Positions 26,663 through 39,302 of a DNA stretch of 64,000 bases are shown here, piece after piece. The notes under the pieces were generated by a model. It was given only the letters and a program-made list of their open reading frames with translations, did no database searches and had not been told where the DNA came from. A program made the translations under genes and the position numbers. How positions within the stretch are numbered: the stretch's first letter is position 1; the number at the start of each line of letters is the position of its first letter. Source of the DNA: Lingula anatina (taxonomy: Eukaryota > Animalia > Brachiopoda); contig CM120646.1 in assembly GCA_051362555.1 (NCBI GenBank), positions 13,516,001-13,580,000 of the forward strand, written 5' to 3'.

Positions 26663-27285
26663 AAAAAACGATGACCCACCTGTGCCCATCCCCAATAAAA
26701 ACACATTAGCGCTCCACAGCTGAGAACAGCAAAAAACCGGAAATCGAAACCAAAAGTTGCATAAAAACCCACTCACTGTTCTCCCTTTTTTCATTCATAT
26801 TGTCAAGAATTCATTTCAAAGAGGCAGTATTTCATTGTGCACGTGGAGCATAAGTTGCGTGTTCTCCGATTTTTGTTTGATCGGTTTTAAAACTTTATGA
26901 TTTTCTTGAACCTAAGATCTAATATACCACGTTTTTATTAGATCTTAGCTTGAACCTAGCTCTGATGGCTATTTTGACCACGTGAGGTACTGAACCTAGA
27001 CCGACGGCTTTTGTTTTTCTATCTGCGCGTGAGACTACTCAACAGTAACGTTGTCATCAAAGCCCTGGTACAAACAGCACACCCAACTCCCCACACGATG
27101 AAGTATAAATTTGATAGCTAATGGCGGTCTCCAGCTTTCCAGTATCTAGGTCACTGTATTGTTTGCATTGATCGCATCTGCGTTCACCTTTAAAATGCTA
27201 TTACAGCGCTATTACAAATCCCCAAACATTCCAGCGTCATGAGACGATTTTGGCCCACGGGGCTACACCTTTCAGGCAGACTTAC

Positions 27286-27530
27286 CAGAGAAAAACGTCC
27301 CGAGAAGACAATGAAGAATCGTTCAAGTACGCGCACGTCTCGTCAGCAGCTTGACGCCCGTGTTGTTAAAGTGAAACTTGAAGAAACAGTTCGCTTGTGA
27401 GTGGATGTGTAATAGGCTGCAGTGTTAATAACGGCATGCGTTCCTGTTATTGCTTACGTCATCCGCGGGTTGTTCGAATGAGAGGCTTCCGCTTGTGCAA
27501 ACGTGATCTCTGCGTCAGCTTCCGCGTTGA
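27286..27530 (-). promoter_or_regulatory. Putative minus-strand promoter and non-coding exon, likely the 5' end of PLAC8 copy 5
   Basis: CpG-enriched; TGACGTAA and TGACGCA CRE-like and CGGAAG ETS-like motifs, followed on the minus strand by a consensus donor CTG|GTAAGT at 27285. Confidence 0.4.
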
Positions 27531-27892
27531 CAGATTCTGCAGCTCAAGAGAGTGCGATTTAATTTTACTTCATTAATTTATTTTTCATTATTTGTTTGAG
27601 TAGCTCAGAGTTTTAAATTCAAATTATTACCTCACAGATTAAAAGATTTAAAAAAGATATTGTCTGTCACATATTCTCATACAAATAAACATACATTTAT
27701 TTTCATATATCTCTCATTATTATTACGATTATTATTATTATTATTAATATTTTCCTTTCACTAGCTCTGCTAAAATTAAACAAGTGGGCTTTAAATAAAC
27801 TGTTTTCTCTCTTTTGTTACATCAGGAGAACAATCGCCCCCCCCTCCCCCCCCCCCCCCCCCCCCCCCCCCCCGCAAACATATAGCTAAATT

Positions 27893-27927
<35 letters not shown>

Positions 27928-27957
27928 TTTGTTTGTTTATTTGTTTGTTTGTCTTAG

Positions 27958-30900
27958 TGTCAGCCTGTCCAAGGACACGGGTTCCGCCGAGGTGGGTACC
28001 AGTGCCACTGCAAGGACGGCTATTTCTTCCCTGACATTACCGCCAAGGACAAGTTCTACAGAGGCACGGTGGTTGAGGGGCTTAACGGTAATACGTCCAG
28101 TGCCTCCTGTTTACCTTGTGCAAAAGGTAAGTTGGGTTGTACATGTACCAGTACATAGACATTCTTTCTAAACGGTTACCTTTACAGGGGCGGATCCAGG
28201 ATTATTTGAAGGGGGGGTCCGCGGATGCGAAGCCGAATCCCCCCCCTCCCCCTGACGTGGGATGAGGGCCCCGTTGTAGGGCCCCGAAAAATTTAGGTAT
28301 TTTAGAGGGCGAACGGTGCCATTTGGTACAGTTTAGAACTATGATTCGGCTAGTGAAAATTCTCATTTCAAAAATCGAAAGGGGGGGGGGGGGGTCAGGA
28401 CCCCTCTGACCGGCCCCCCCCCTAAATCCGCCACTGCTTGACGAGAAAAGCAATATAGCAAGAGTGATGAGCAACTCGTTATAAGATCTGTAGAGAGTGA
28501 TGAGCAACTCGTTATAAGATCTGTAGAGAGTGATGAGCAACTCGTTATAAGATCTGTAGCAGAGATGGTTACAACTAGACTTTTAACTCAGGGGGCTGGA
28601 CTCTAAAAAACTTTCCTTTCTTTTATTTGCATGCCGGAGTAAACGAGGAAAAAATTAATTTTCTTATCCAGGCTTCCACTGGGAAATATTTGTTTTAAAA
28701 AAATAAACAATCAGCACAAAGGATTTAAACACCAATGGGTTATCTTTTAGGTTGTACTACATGCGTCAATGCCAGACCGTGTTGGCACGAAAGACAAGTG
28801 CTTATGCGCATGATCGTACTTGGCATTGTGGGACTGACCATATTTGGTATATTAGTTTTCTGCTGTGTTATCTACAAGTTCCGAAAATACATGGTAAGTA
28901 GTTCATTCAAATAAATGTTAGACTAGTTAAAAAATTCCAAAATTCCAAGACTAGTTCGAAAAAAAAAAAAGAAGAAGAAGAAGAAGAAGCTTGCCATTTT
29001 TTATTCAGTTTTTGCATATTAATTTTTTACCTGTTTAATAACTCTGAATTCATTTTTTTCTATTATTTTCTTTCTTTCTTTTTTTTTTTTTTTCGGGCTC
29101 ATGTATTCACAGTCAAATGAATATACTCAGATACCAGTAATAAAACGTAAAATAAAGGAAACAGTTGTGCTCATAATCCATAATGTCATTTTGCAGTCAT
29201 CTTTGAGTAATCTGACGAGTTACAAAACAGATCTCCTCGAGACAAGTAATCCGTAGAAAGTGGAACGCCGAAATCAAGACAATCGCATACAAACAACGAT
29301 TTAATGTAAATCAAAACTGCATATTTACTCCACACTTGCATATATTTCAGGTGTTGCGAGCCGCCAGTCCCATATTTCTTTACGTGATGTGTTTCGGGTC
29401 TGGGTTGATCTGTCTCTCAATGGTTGTTGGCTACTTTGATGCCACGGAGGACACGTGCGTGCTCGAGCCCTGGTTACGCTACATAGGCATTACTGTGACT
29501 TACAGCGCCTTGTTATTGAAGACTTACAGGTAGAAAGATTTTGATATTAATTAAATTACTTTTGATATTAATTAAATTAACTTACTATCGTCATCTATCA
29601 ATTTCCAACTTACGTTCAATAGGGTGACTTCCGTTTTCGCCTACAAACTCAAACAATTATAAAACCTAGGAAATAATTTTATTCTACAAGTCTTCATAGT
29701 AAAAGTTACTTTTTTTGAAGAAAAAGCCCCCCCCCCCCTAAAAAATGCTGGCTACAGGCCTGATTCCGCTCCATTTTTGTGATAATTATCACTAAATCCA
29801 TAGGCCAACCTTACTATTAGGGTCCTTTGGCTGACCCTTCCAGTACGCCTACTGCAAAGCCAATAATTAGGTGTTCCAGCAAGAGTTACGTATGTCAAGT
29901 TAGAAGAGAGCGCTTTCGAGGACGTGACCCTTATACGTCCATCTCACTCGAATGCGAGGATAACAAGTAGGCTTATGTACATATTCTTATGCAAAGTAAT
30001 ATTTAGCCATTAAGAACATATTCATTCTTTTTTTTTTTCATTTGATAGAATAGAGTATTTTAGAATATTTGATACTCGTTCCAAAAACCACCGGTGAAAG
30101 GTGCTGACTCCAGTAACTTTTATCACCGAGACTTGTAGAATAAAATTATTTCCTAGGTTTTATAATTGTTTGAGTTTGTAGGCGAAAACGGAAGTCACCC
30201 TATTGAACGTAAGTTGGAAATTGATAGATGACGATAAATTGTGGCGTAACACATAATAATTAAAGGTGGGGCGTATAATATGCCGCCTGGTTTGGGAGGT
30301 GGGAAATAAAAATAATGAAACATCCTACCTTCTTTCGGGGGGTCTTAGGTCCAAGTCCCTGTTGCCTTCCTTTGGAAGTAACTTGTAGCGTCTTTTCTCA
30401 GTCTTCTTTCTGTGGTACGTTACCTCTCTTGTTGAGTGGAAAATGCTGTCTGGTTGCACAAGCACTGTCTGACAGTAAATGTTGTGATTACTTGCCCTTG
30501 TGGACCAGGGGTGACCTGCCATTGGTCAATGTAATGTAATCCTCACCCTTTGATCAGTGTCTGTGCAGCCATGTAAGTCTGGTGCCCACATGTTGGATTA
30601 TGTTCAGTAGGGAGACTCCCTGTGACGTTCTTGGCTATAATTATAGTAATTATTGTTTGCAACGATAATCCTTAATTTATAACCAAGACTTATGGGATAA
30701 AATGATTTGCTAGGTTTTATAATTATTTTAGTATGTTGGCGAAAACGGGAGTCATCTATTGAACGTGGGTTGGGAATTGATAGATGACGATAAATAAACT
30801 TAGCTACAATGACGTAACACATAATTATAAAAGGTGGGCCGTATAATATGCCGCCAAAGAAAAGACTATGGTGTTGTGTCTTTTCTCCCCAAACAAATAA

Positions 30901-33900
30901 GTTTTTTTAATTAAGGAAATTACTTTACAAATGACCCGGAAAGGTCGGGCATGTTCTTGTTTATATATACTTTAGTCATCTAGACTGAGAGGGAGAGGTA
31001 AACTACCCCGTTCAAATAGAGATCCCCTCCTTTGTCCAAACTTTGGAGTGCTGGAGCGGCGTTTTGTGATATATTGTGGTGTGCAGGCAGATTGTATCAA
31101 GCGGCAGAGTATTGAAATAAAAGTAGTTCTTTCAAGCAGAATTTTATCGACTACTCATTACTGTTTGACAAAGTCTGCTCTGGAAAGGAAACTGGTGGTG
31201 GCGGAGTTGTGGAGAACGTCACAATTGTAAGTTTTGCATTATTGTTCGTTTTTTTTATCTATAGACTTTTAACATAAGGACCAATTTTTTATCATTCACT
31301 TGTCTACGTTTCTTTATCTATTTTTGTTTTTCTGTCATGAACCAATAATGTCTTCTCTTTGTCGCAGAATAGCAGTCATATTCCGGGTGAAATCGGCAAA
31401 GAAAGTCAACCTGACAGACAGGGTGCTTTTGCGTCGCTTCATCCCTATTCTGGCGGTGGTCATCTGCTACTTGGTCACGTGGACAGTATCTGCGAGACCA
31501 ACCCCCGTTACCATGACGACAATAGACAATCTGAAGTACAACTCTTGTAGAACTGATTGGTGGGAGTACGTTGCTGACTCGGGTATTTATTTTACTAATC
31601 TTTCATATCGAGGCAACATCTAGCGCATTTTGCACTCCATTCAATGCAGTTATCTTTATATTCAAACCTCACAGCTTTAAAAGCTACCCCACATCTTTTT
31701 CACTTCATGTACTGTTATATGCATTCTTCCATTGCTCATGTACATCTCTTCATTGATAATAGACAATAAACTTTGAAAAAAAAAATAAATGAGTCATTGA
31801 AGAAGTGAACTCGAATTAATATTTATAGATGATTTAGGAAGCCAGTTATACCATGTTTTATTCAGAAGACATTTTATTTATTTACAGGCGTTTTCTGTTA
31901 CCTTTTATGGGGTGTGTACTTATCTTTCCTAGTGAGGAACGCGCCCTCCAGTTATAACGAAAGCAAGCATATCACCTGGGCAGTTTATAACACAATTTTA
32001 TTCGGTTCCTCGATTTCTGTGATAAAGTGAGTAAGGCCCCATTCAGAATAGGGGACTAACTAGTCCGAGGGTCAAATATGGCGACCCACTACAAAGCTTG
32101 CCGTCTAATCCGCTAATAGACACTGAATAGGTTCTCCTCGGGGATGTATTCAGGTGGGTCGGCCATATTTGATCCTCGGACTAGTTAGTCCACTGTTCTG
32201 AATGCGACCTAGGACTCTTGTACTGAGTAAGATTCTTGTACTGTGACATTCGTTGATAATCTTTTGGCTATTTTAGATGCATGTCTTCAACGGAAACAAA
32301 TTCTAACGTTAAATTTGTGTAATGCGTTCATTCATTTTAATTCTAAGACTTCCCTGAAAACAAGAGGAATTGAGCTTTATAAAGCTCGCTGAAATGTTTC
32401 ATTTCTTATTCTTCTTCGTTTAAAATTTTACATTGTTACCACATGTTTTTTTAATTATTCATTATTTGAGACGATTTAGCTTCTTTTAAAGCATACAATG
32501 GGAGAATTTTATGTTCAAAGATAAGAAAATTATTTTCCAAAGTTAAATTAAAAAATACCTTTACTCTACGCCGGACTACAAAAATATTCTGTCCCATAAG
32601 AAATCTTAGATTTTCAAAGACATGCTTACCATGAAACTGAAAACTTATCAATAATGCGATTTTAAATAGAACTTTTTTAAGATTAAAAGATAAACATGAA
32701 ATGTATTTTAAATATCCCCAATGTACCAAATATCATTGTAACTCATTCAAACACTTAAATTAATTATCATCTAAGTTATTTTCATACAGTTTACAATTAA
32801 TAATTAACTATAATGGTTGTTCCTGACCCAGTAGTCAACCTGATGGTTGAAAGATGGGTTTTAGGACACCGGTGTTAAGGATCTCTGGACTGACCTTGAG
32901 GACCTTGTTTTTCATTCAGACAGGTTGTCGCTGTGCAGCAGGGACCAGACGTTATTTACATAATGGAACTGATATATCTGCAAGTCGCCGTCACTTGTAT
33001 GTTCTGCCTTATATTTGTACCAAAGGTGAGGAAAATAATATCCGTTAACAGTACAATCTGTCTATACACTGTTATAACTCAAACACTGTTATCTTTGTAT
33101 TAAGCTAAGATCATGACCAGGTTTCAACGCTGCAAGTAAATTGAAATTTGTAATTTTTTGTTAAAATTTTACTTTTTTTCTGTCTGATGCACCACAGGAA
33201 CTTCGACATATTCTGCAATTCATTTCATTTCTAACAACAGCCATTTTGATTTCTCTTTAATTTCAACTTTCCGGAGAAAATCTGAAAGGAATAATCCAAG
33301 TTTTTTCCAGTTTATAGCATTGTACAAATTCCACAAGTATGGCAGCGATATGCTGAACGAGCGCCGCTTCCAGAACAGAACGGCGGTGATGTTTCCGTTT
33401 CTCCCCATGACAACCGTACGTAAGTCGTTAATGGATGTGGCTGTCCAAGCATCTCCTTCAGTCCTGGACAATGAACTGGATAATTCGGAGGTAATAGACG
33501 ACACAAATATGTCGTTAAATCACGCCATCATTCTAAAAAAGGCCTTAGGTCTGCTTTATGATATTTGACCATTTAGGTTCCATTTCATTGGATCTGTAAA
33601 ACGTTGTGCTAGAGACATTCCCGAAAATTAAACCCTTGAAAACCTCTATCTATTCTTATAAACATTATTCAGTGTCATCACTTGATAACTTTTAACTGCT
33701 CAGTATGTACAAGTATCAATCAGTATAAATAAAAAGTGATTTTCTCTCCTAGGTGCAGATTTCCGTAGTTCCAAGGCAGGAGTCTTGTGTTCGTATAGAC
33801 AATGGTGTGGAAGGAATGAAGGAAGACTTGGACCACAAAGGTGTGGTTTCAGTCTCATAAATATATGTTTAACAGACTATTTTTTCCACCCTGAGCTTCA

Positions 33901-34904
33901 GAGATAACTTGACACTAACCTCTTCACAATAGCCTATCTTCATCGTGTCAAGTTGATAGGCTATAGTGAAGAAGTTAGTGTCAAGTTATCTCTGAAGCTC
34001 AGGGTGATTTTTTCTGAAAGTGAACAGGATTTTTTTTACTTAATTGGCTAATATATTTGAAGGCAGGAAATGTCACATCATCGTTTGAACATTAAGACAA
34101 CTAAAGGTTCGCTAACTGTTGCCTTTAAATTTTTTTTTTTAATTCCAGGAGACACTCTTAGGTCGGAGGCAAAACATATAATACCGTATGCTATGTGCTC
34201 AAATTCTATGAAGTTCTTTTAATATGACAGCGACTATTGTCAGCAGACACAGGATGATTATAACATGCTTTACCTGTTTATAATATTTTGCAGATCAAGA
34301 TGAGTCTGACAACATAGCAACCAGCGGCAATGAAAAGACTTCAAACGATCACCTACCGAATGAGACATTAGCTAAAAATGACAGAAAATTTGACACAGTT
34401 GACAACACACAGCCAAAACCGACGACTGCTCTTAACACTTTGCATGTATGTCAGGAGACGCGTCGGCCAACCAGTCGGTCTGGCACTAATCTCTCTACTT
34501 TCAGTGGAGATTTAGCAAAAGCATTTGATGCAAGCGTAATCAACGAGCATAAGCTACTGAAAAGTAGTGCTTCGGATTCAGGACTTTCAACTCCTACGGC
34601 GGCAAGCAAAAAGGAGTACGGATGGTACGTGTGCACGGGGTGTAAACTTTCAGATGGAAAGATCCACAGATTGCGTGATACGATTAACCATGATGCTCTT
34701 CCTGTCCACAAAAGGCAGTCTTTTCCCTTTTATGTGCAACATACACAAAATAAGAACGGGCTGCCTTCGTTTATACCCAGAACTCCCTGCAAGCAGACTC
34801 ACAAACGGACGCCGGCAAAAACCAAACCCAAGCTGCCACAGTATCCGCACTTAATGTCTAAGAGAAGGAATACCAAGATGACAGAATCTGAGTACCTCAA
34901 CTGA
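27958..34904 (+). CDS. Class C GPCR, GPR158/CG31760-like (5' exons not found)
   Basis: Exons 27958-28126, 28751-28893, 29351-29529, 31368-31582, 31888-32026, 32920-33025, 33311-33490, 33753-33840 and 34294-34904, all phase-compatible. Motifs: GFRRGGYQCHCKDGYFFP, CLPCAKGCTTC, ASPIFL, YSALLLKTYRI, RNAPSSYNESKHI, IFVPK. Confidence 0.88.
28185..28436 (+). mobile_element. CAGGGGCGGATCCAGG-family element in a GPCR intron
   Basis: TIRs CAGGGGCGGATCCAGG / CCTAAATCCGCCACTG. Confidence 0.75.
28461..28559. repeat. 33-bp minisatellite, 3 copies
   Basis: AGAGTGATGAGCAACTCGTTATAAGATCTGTAG repeated three times. Confidence 0.95.
29586..30236. repeat. 108-bp inverted repeat pair in a GPCR intron
   Basis: 29586-29693 is the reverse complement of 30129-30236; a diverged third copy lies at about 30687-30855. 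Confidence 0.85.
32035..32209. mobile_element. Harbinger-type MITE next to a GPCR splice donor
   Basis: TIRs GGCCCCATTCAGAATAG / CTGTTCTGAATGCGACC with TAA and TAG flanks; related to the 11358 element. Confidence 0.75.
33887..34006. mobile_element. 120-bp hAT-type palindromic MITE
   Basis: CACCCTGAGCTTCAGAGATAACTTGACAC...GTGTCAAGTTATCTCTGAAGCTCAGGGTG with an 8-bp TSD, ATTTTTTC, on both sides. Confidence 0.88.
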
Positions 34905-35865
34905 TTCAAAGTGCTAGGACACACCAGTGCAAAGTGTCTATAAAATAATAAAAATTTAAATTGGTTAATAATTTCATCTTTTGCTTCAGAAGTCGTTCTT
35001 TTCTAAAGAGTGTGTTCTCTAGGGATAGGCCTACCGTTGTGAATTTTTTTCTTTTTTTTTAAATAATATACATGTTAAAATTTTTCATAAGATTAATATA
35101 ACTTGTTGTCAATTAACTGATGGTGCATATGCATCTTATTGATGGTGTATGTGCCCACTATTTTGATTACATCAATGTTCATTGTTTACTGCTTCACCGG
35201 TAATATATGTTTATTCATAACGCACTTGGATTTAATTTTTTTTGTAGCATGTTAGATCTAAATTAAATAACTTAGTTTTAAACGAATCATCATTCATTAG
35301 ACAGCAAAGTCTTCCTGGCATTTCAAAAGGAAATATACTGACATCAAGTACTTTTCAAGAGATCAGTTCTGCTATGATACTGATAAATAGTTTCTCAGGA
35401 TATTTAGACATAAAAATACGACTTTCTGATATTTTCAAACTAGTATAATATACTTTTACGCTTAGGACAGAGACATCACATAAATTTGGAGGGGAAAAAA
35501 CGCGTTTATTATCGAAAACGTTTCAGGCATATATGGCCCGGATTGTACTGTTGGTACATTACTAAGTAAACATCACGTGATGGTTTTGTATGTCCTAAAA
35601 TAATTAAGCCTACCAGATTCGAAATTAAAAACATGTCTTCTGATATTGGAAACAAAAGATTAAATTCAAGATATCCGATTTTGTATACTTATTTTGACAG
35701 TTGTGCCTGTTACAGATACAGTATTATATATTCATTAAACGCTATCTTTTGTGTTTAGAAAATATCTGACCGAACAAGAGGATCAAAAAATATATGCCGC
35801 TTTCTTGGTACATGCATGTCAGAGACGGATCCAGGATTATTTGAAGGGGGGTCCGCGGATGGAAA

Positions 35866-37777
35866 TCACATAACCATACAGCCCGCCATGTCTCCAGCTT
35901 GCTGAAATGATAAAATAGACAGTTGCTTTACAAATTTCCATTGAATTAATTTTATCTAAAATGATAAACTAGATATTATCATTTTGACATACTGGAAAAT
36001 TGTGCATAAAACCAAATATTGAAAGAAAATGACCTCCTTGTGGCTAAATTTCCATTCAATGAATTGTTTTTACGCCGGTCCCTTTTGTTTAGTTCCGCGC
36101 TTTCCTGAACAACCACAAATCACAGTTGCTTTGCCAATGAAAATAATGAAAAAAGAAGACCAAAATGAATTCTACGAGGGACTGTCAAACGGTAAGCTGT
36201 TTATCTGAAGGCATCTATGGGATTGAGACGGCAAAACTGCACGTGCAATATTTTCTTACAGCGGACAGCTTTGTCTGTTTTATACATTAACAAGCATATT
36301 CTAGGAATTACTCTAGTCTTTACTGGATAAGCATTTCTCGTGATGAAATGTTTCACATTCGAATATCTGAGTACATTTGATTTAAAGTATATTTTCGGAT
36401 AAATTGATCTGACACATTGAATTAGACAAAGCCAGTCTAGTGTTTAAATTAATTAATTAATTGATTAATTATTTAATTAATTAAAGGGTTGATTTGGCAG
36501 GTACTTACAAATTTAGGTTGGGGCATATCCTTCTTCACTTCTGGGGGAAGGTCACCGAGGGCACCGATCTGAAAGTAACATCAGCATTGCAAAGCATGTA
36601 ATCAAAAATACAAAGCATGTCAATGATTCCATTATAAAGCCATGTAAATGGTATTTGAAATCAACCTTCCTAAGAGGAGCATTTTCAATTGTTGAAACAT
36701 TCATAAGCCTGAAGTTTTCTCGGTTGACGCGTAATTTATCTTTAAAATATGTGACTTGTTTTACGTATTTAGTTAAAACAGTTATCACAGTTACTTTTTT
36801 ATAATTCAGCAGAAACATATAAAGAGACACCTGGCGGTGTTCTCAGCTTTACAACGTATCACAGTGGCCTTTCTTGTGGGCTTTCTTGTACATGACACTA
36901 ACACAAACAATGTCTCAGAGAAATGCCCCCCCCCCCCCAACCAAAACAAACAAAAAAATAATAATAATATTAATAGTTTAACAATAATAATAATAATAAT
37001 TAGAGGAGAGAAAGAAAAAACAAGAAAAAAGAACCTCATTATTAACAGAACACACCTCCTGACTAACGGCCATAATTTTGGCAAGTCTCTGTTTCTTGAC
37101 CTCTACGGTGTCCTCTGGCGTCTCCTCTTCATACAGGCGACACGTATCGCCAATCAACTTGATTTGTTTCTCGTGCCGTTCTCGCTCGGACTGTTCTAAC
37201 GTATTTTTGTGTTCTTCATACCATGCTGAAAACTAGAAAAGAGTGAGGGCAAAACTAAATGTGAGAGTGATAAAACATTTATGATGGAAATGCGAACGCA
37301 TCGCCTTAACAGCACCAAATGATATCGTTCAGACTGTGGTTTTCTTAAAAGGTGTTCGTAAAGGTTTAAGGGCTCATTCTCAATGAAACTATCGTTCTTC
37401 GTAGATCGACCCAACTCGTAAAATTAGGAATTTTGTTATGAAGTTCATACCATGAGGAAAGTCACAATACTTCTTGGTTATTGTTGGAATCTTCAATAAT
37501 ATTAGATAAAATAATATACTATAAGAAAATACTTCTGTTGGCTTACTTATGAGGTAAATTGATTTTTGTAGAAATCACGGGCTAAAACACGCCGATATTC
37601 GTCTGTGTGACATTTTTCCCACATCAAATATCAGTGTTTACATTACACAATATTTGATATTGGAACATTGCTAAATAAAGCAGCTAAAGCAAATACAAAA
37701 TAAAATGCATTACCAGCTGGGAGCTGGACAGAACGTCCACATAATAAAGATTTTTTTGCTTTAAATGTCCTAAACAA

Positions 37778-37818
<41 letters not shown>

Positions 37819-38486
37819 AGTGTAGATCAATTTAAAGATTGGGCAACACAGGGTCTACACACTGTTACTCAAGGGCGGGTTCCTTTGCTGGCCACGGTGC
37901 AGTGGTATCGAAATGGAAGCAAGTTCTCATAAATTCTTTCTTTTTTTCTCTGTTTTGTTTATTAATATCAGTTCATTTAGACTACATATTTATGGTTGTT
38001 TGTTTGTTTGTTTGTTTGTTTGTTTGTTTGTTTGTTTGTTTGTTTGTTTGTTTTTGTCATCAAGGGGAAGCGAAGCCTACAGGTATATTCCTGTTCAACT
38101 AACTTGGAAGGAAAACATCGGGATTGGGAGACAAAAATTTTAAAACCAAGGAGCTGTTACAGTACAACTATCGTGTAATTGGGCTAGTGGTAGCAGAGCA
38201 TTATTTGTTATACATACTAAGGGAAATCGTACATGTTTCCCAACCCAATCCCCTAATTTTGAACAGAATACGCTGATATCACCACTGTGATATCATCGCA
38301 CACAGAGCAATGTCAGTCCCTCGGTATGTACACTGTAAACAACGGGTCCGAGTAGAGTATTTTATCTGCTATTTAGGGAGTTAACTGCTGGACCTCACTT
38401 ACCTTCTCTAAAACTCCTTTAAAAGGGGGATACAAAGTTTCTTTAGCGAAAACCACCTGCATCATTTGCATCATTGCGTCCTCCAT
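35866..38486 (-). CDS. Short PEX19-like paralogue (C-terminal domain plus CaaX only, about 118 aa)
   Basis: Exons 38486-38403, 37232-37056, 36568-36509 and 35901-35866, all GT-AG and phase 0: MEDAMMQMMQVVFAKETLYPPFKGVLEK/FSAWYEEHKNTLEQSERERHEKQIKLIGDTCRLYEEETPEDTVEVKKQRLAKIMAVSQE/IGALGDLPPEVKKDMPQPKF/QAGDMAGCMVM*. It aligns to exons 5-8 of the neighbouring PEX19, and the 177-nt exon has identical length. Confidence 0.82.
37997..38052. repeat. (TTTG)n microsatellite
   Basis: Directly visible. Confidence 0.95.
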
Positions 38487-38965
38487 CTTGCCTGGCAGTA
38501 CGTTTTGCGTCTTTCTGGTAATAATTTGAGTGACAATCACAGCATAATTTCTTGTAATTTCTTATCAATTGCCCCCTCCTCACTGCCCCCTCATGACGCA
38601 GACGGCGGTTCAAACGATCTACATATATGTATTACATGTACTTAGACCTGGCTGCATGAGCAAACATTACAGGTATTCCTCAATTCAAACGTGTGTAAAC
38701 AAAGCTAATATGTTTACTCTTTTGTCGTAAAATATTGACTTAAGTTTACAATCGATGACCTAAGTCGAAGGTTGCAGTAGTTTACTGTAGCATAAATTAA
38801 CCTGATAGACACCCGATGGCTAGTGATAATAAATCCGACGCCCTGTTTACTTACAATTATATGACTTTAATCAAAAGTTGGTTGGCCGTACCCTTATGAC
38901 TGAGGACAACATAAGTAGTCAATTGTCCGAATGACCCACTAAATATAGTAGCTGAACCATCTTCA

Positions 38966-39004
<39 letters not shown>

Positions 39005-39038
39005 AACGCTTCGTATCTAAAGTATGTAGAAACATGTA

Positions 39039-39285
39039 GGGGAGACCGGGGCTAGTTGGACCCCGGGATACCCCGGGGTGAGTTGGCTCCCCAACAAGTC
39101 TCTTTAATAAAGTTACTTTAAGATGCTAAATTATTTCATTTGGACTCACTGCCGACGCTTTCTTAGCACTTTCAGATACGGTCACTTTACAAAATGATGT
39201 GATCAATTCTTTTACCCCATAGTTACTTTGTCATAAATTGATGGGGGGCAACTTACCCCGGGGTCCATCTAGCCCCAGTCTCCCC
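39039..39285. mobile_element. TA-target (Tc1/mariner/pogo-like) MITE
   Basis: TIRs GGGGAGACCGGGGCTAG / CTAGCCCCAGTCTCCCC with a TA TSD. Confidence 0.8.
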
Positions 39286-39302
39286 TATCTAGATTATCAC
39301 AG

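Noticed and set aside
27239-27400. 53-codon plus-strand ORF (MRRFWPTG...) as the first GPCR exon
   Set aside because: No signal peptide, and its candidate donor (TT|GTGAGT) is phase 2 while the 27958 exon needs phase 0.
28461-28559. 33-bp direct repeats as a CRISPR array or C/D snoRNA cluster
   Set aside because: The units are contiguous with no spacers, the context is a eukaryotic intron, and no proper D box or terminal stem is present; this is a plain minisatellite.
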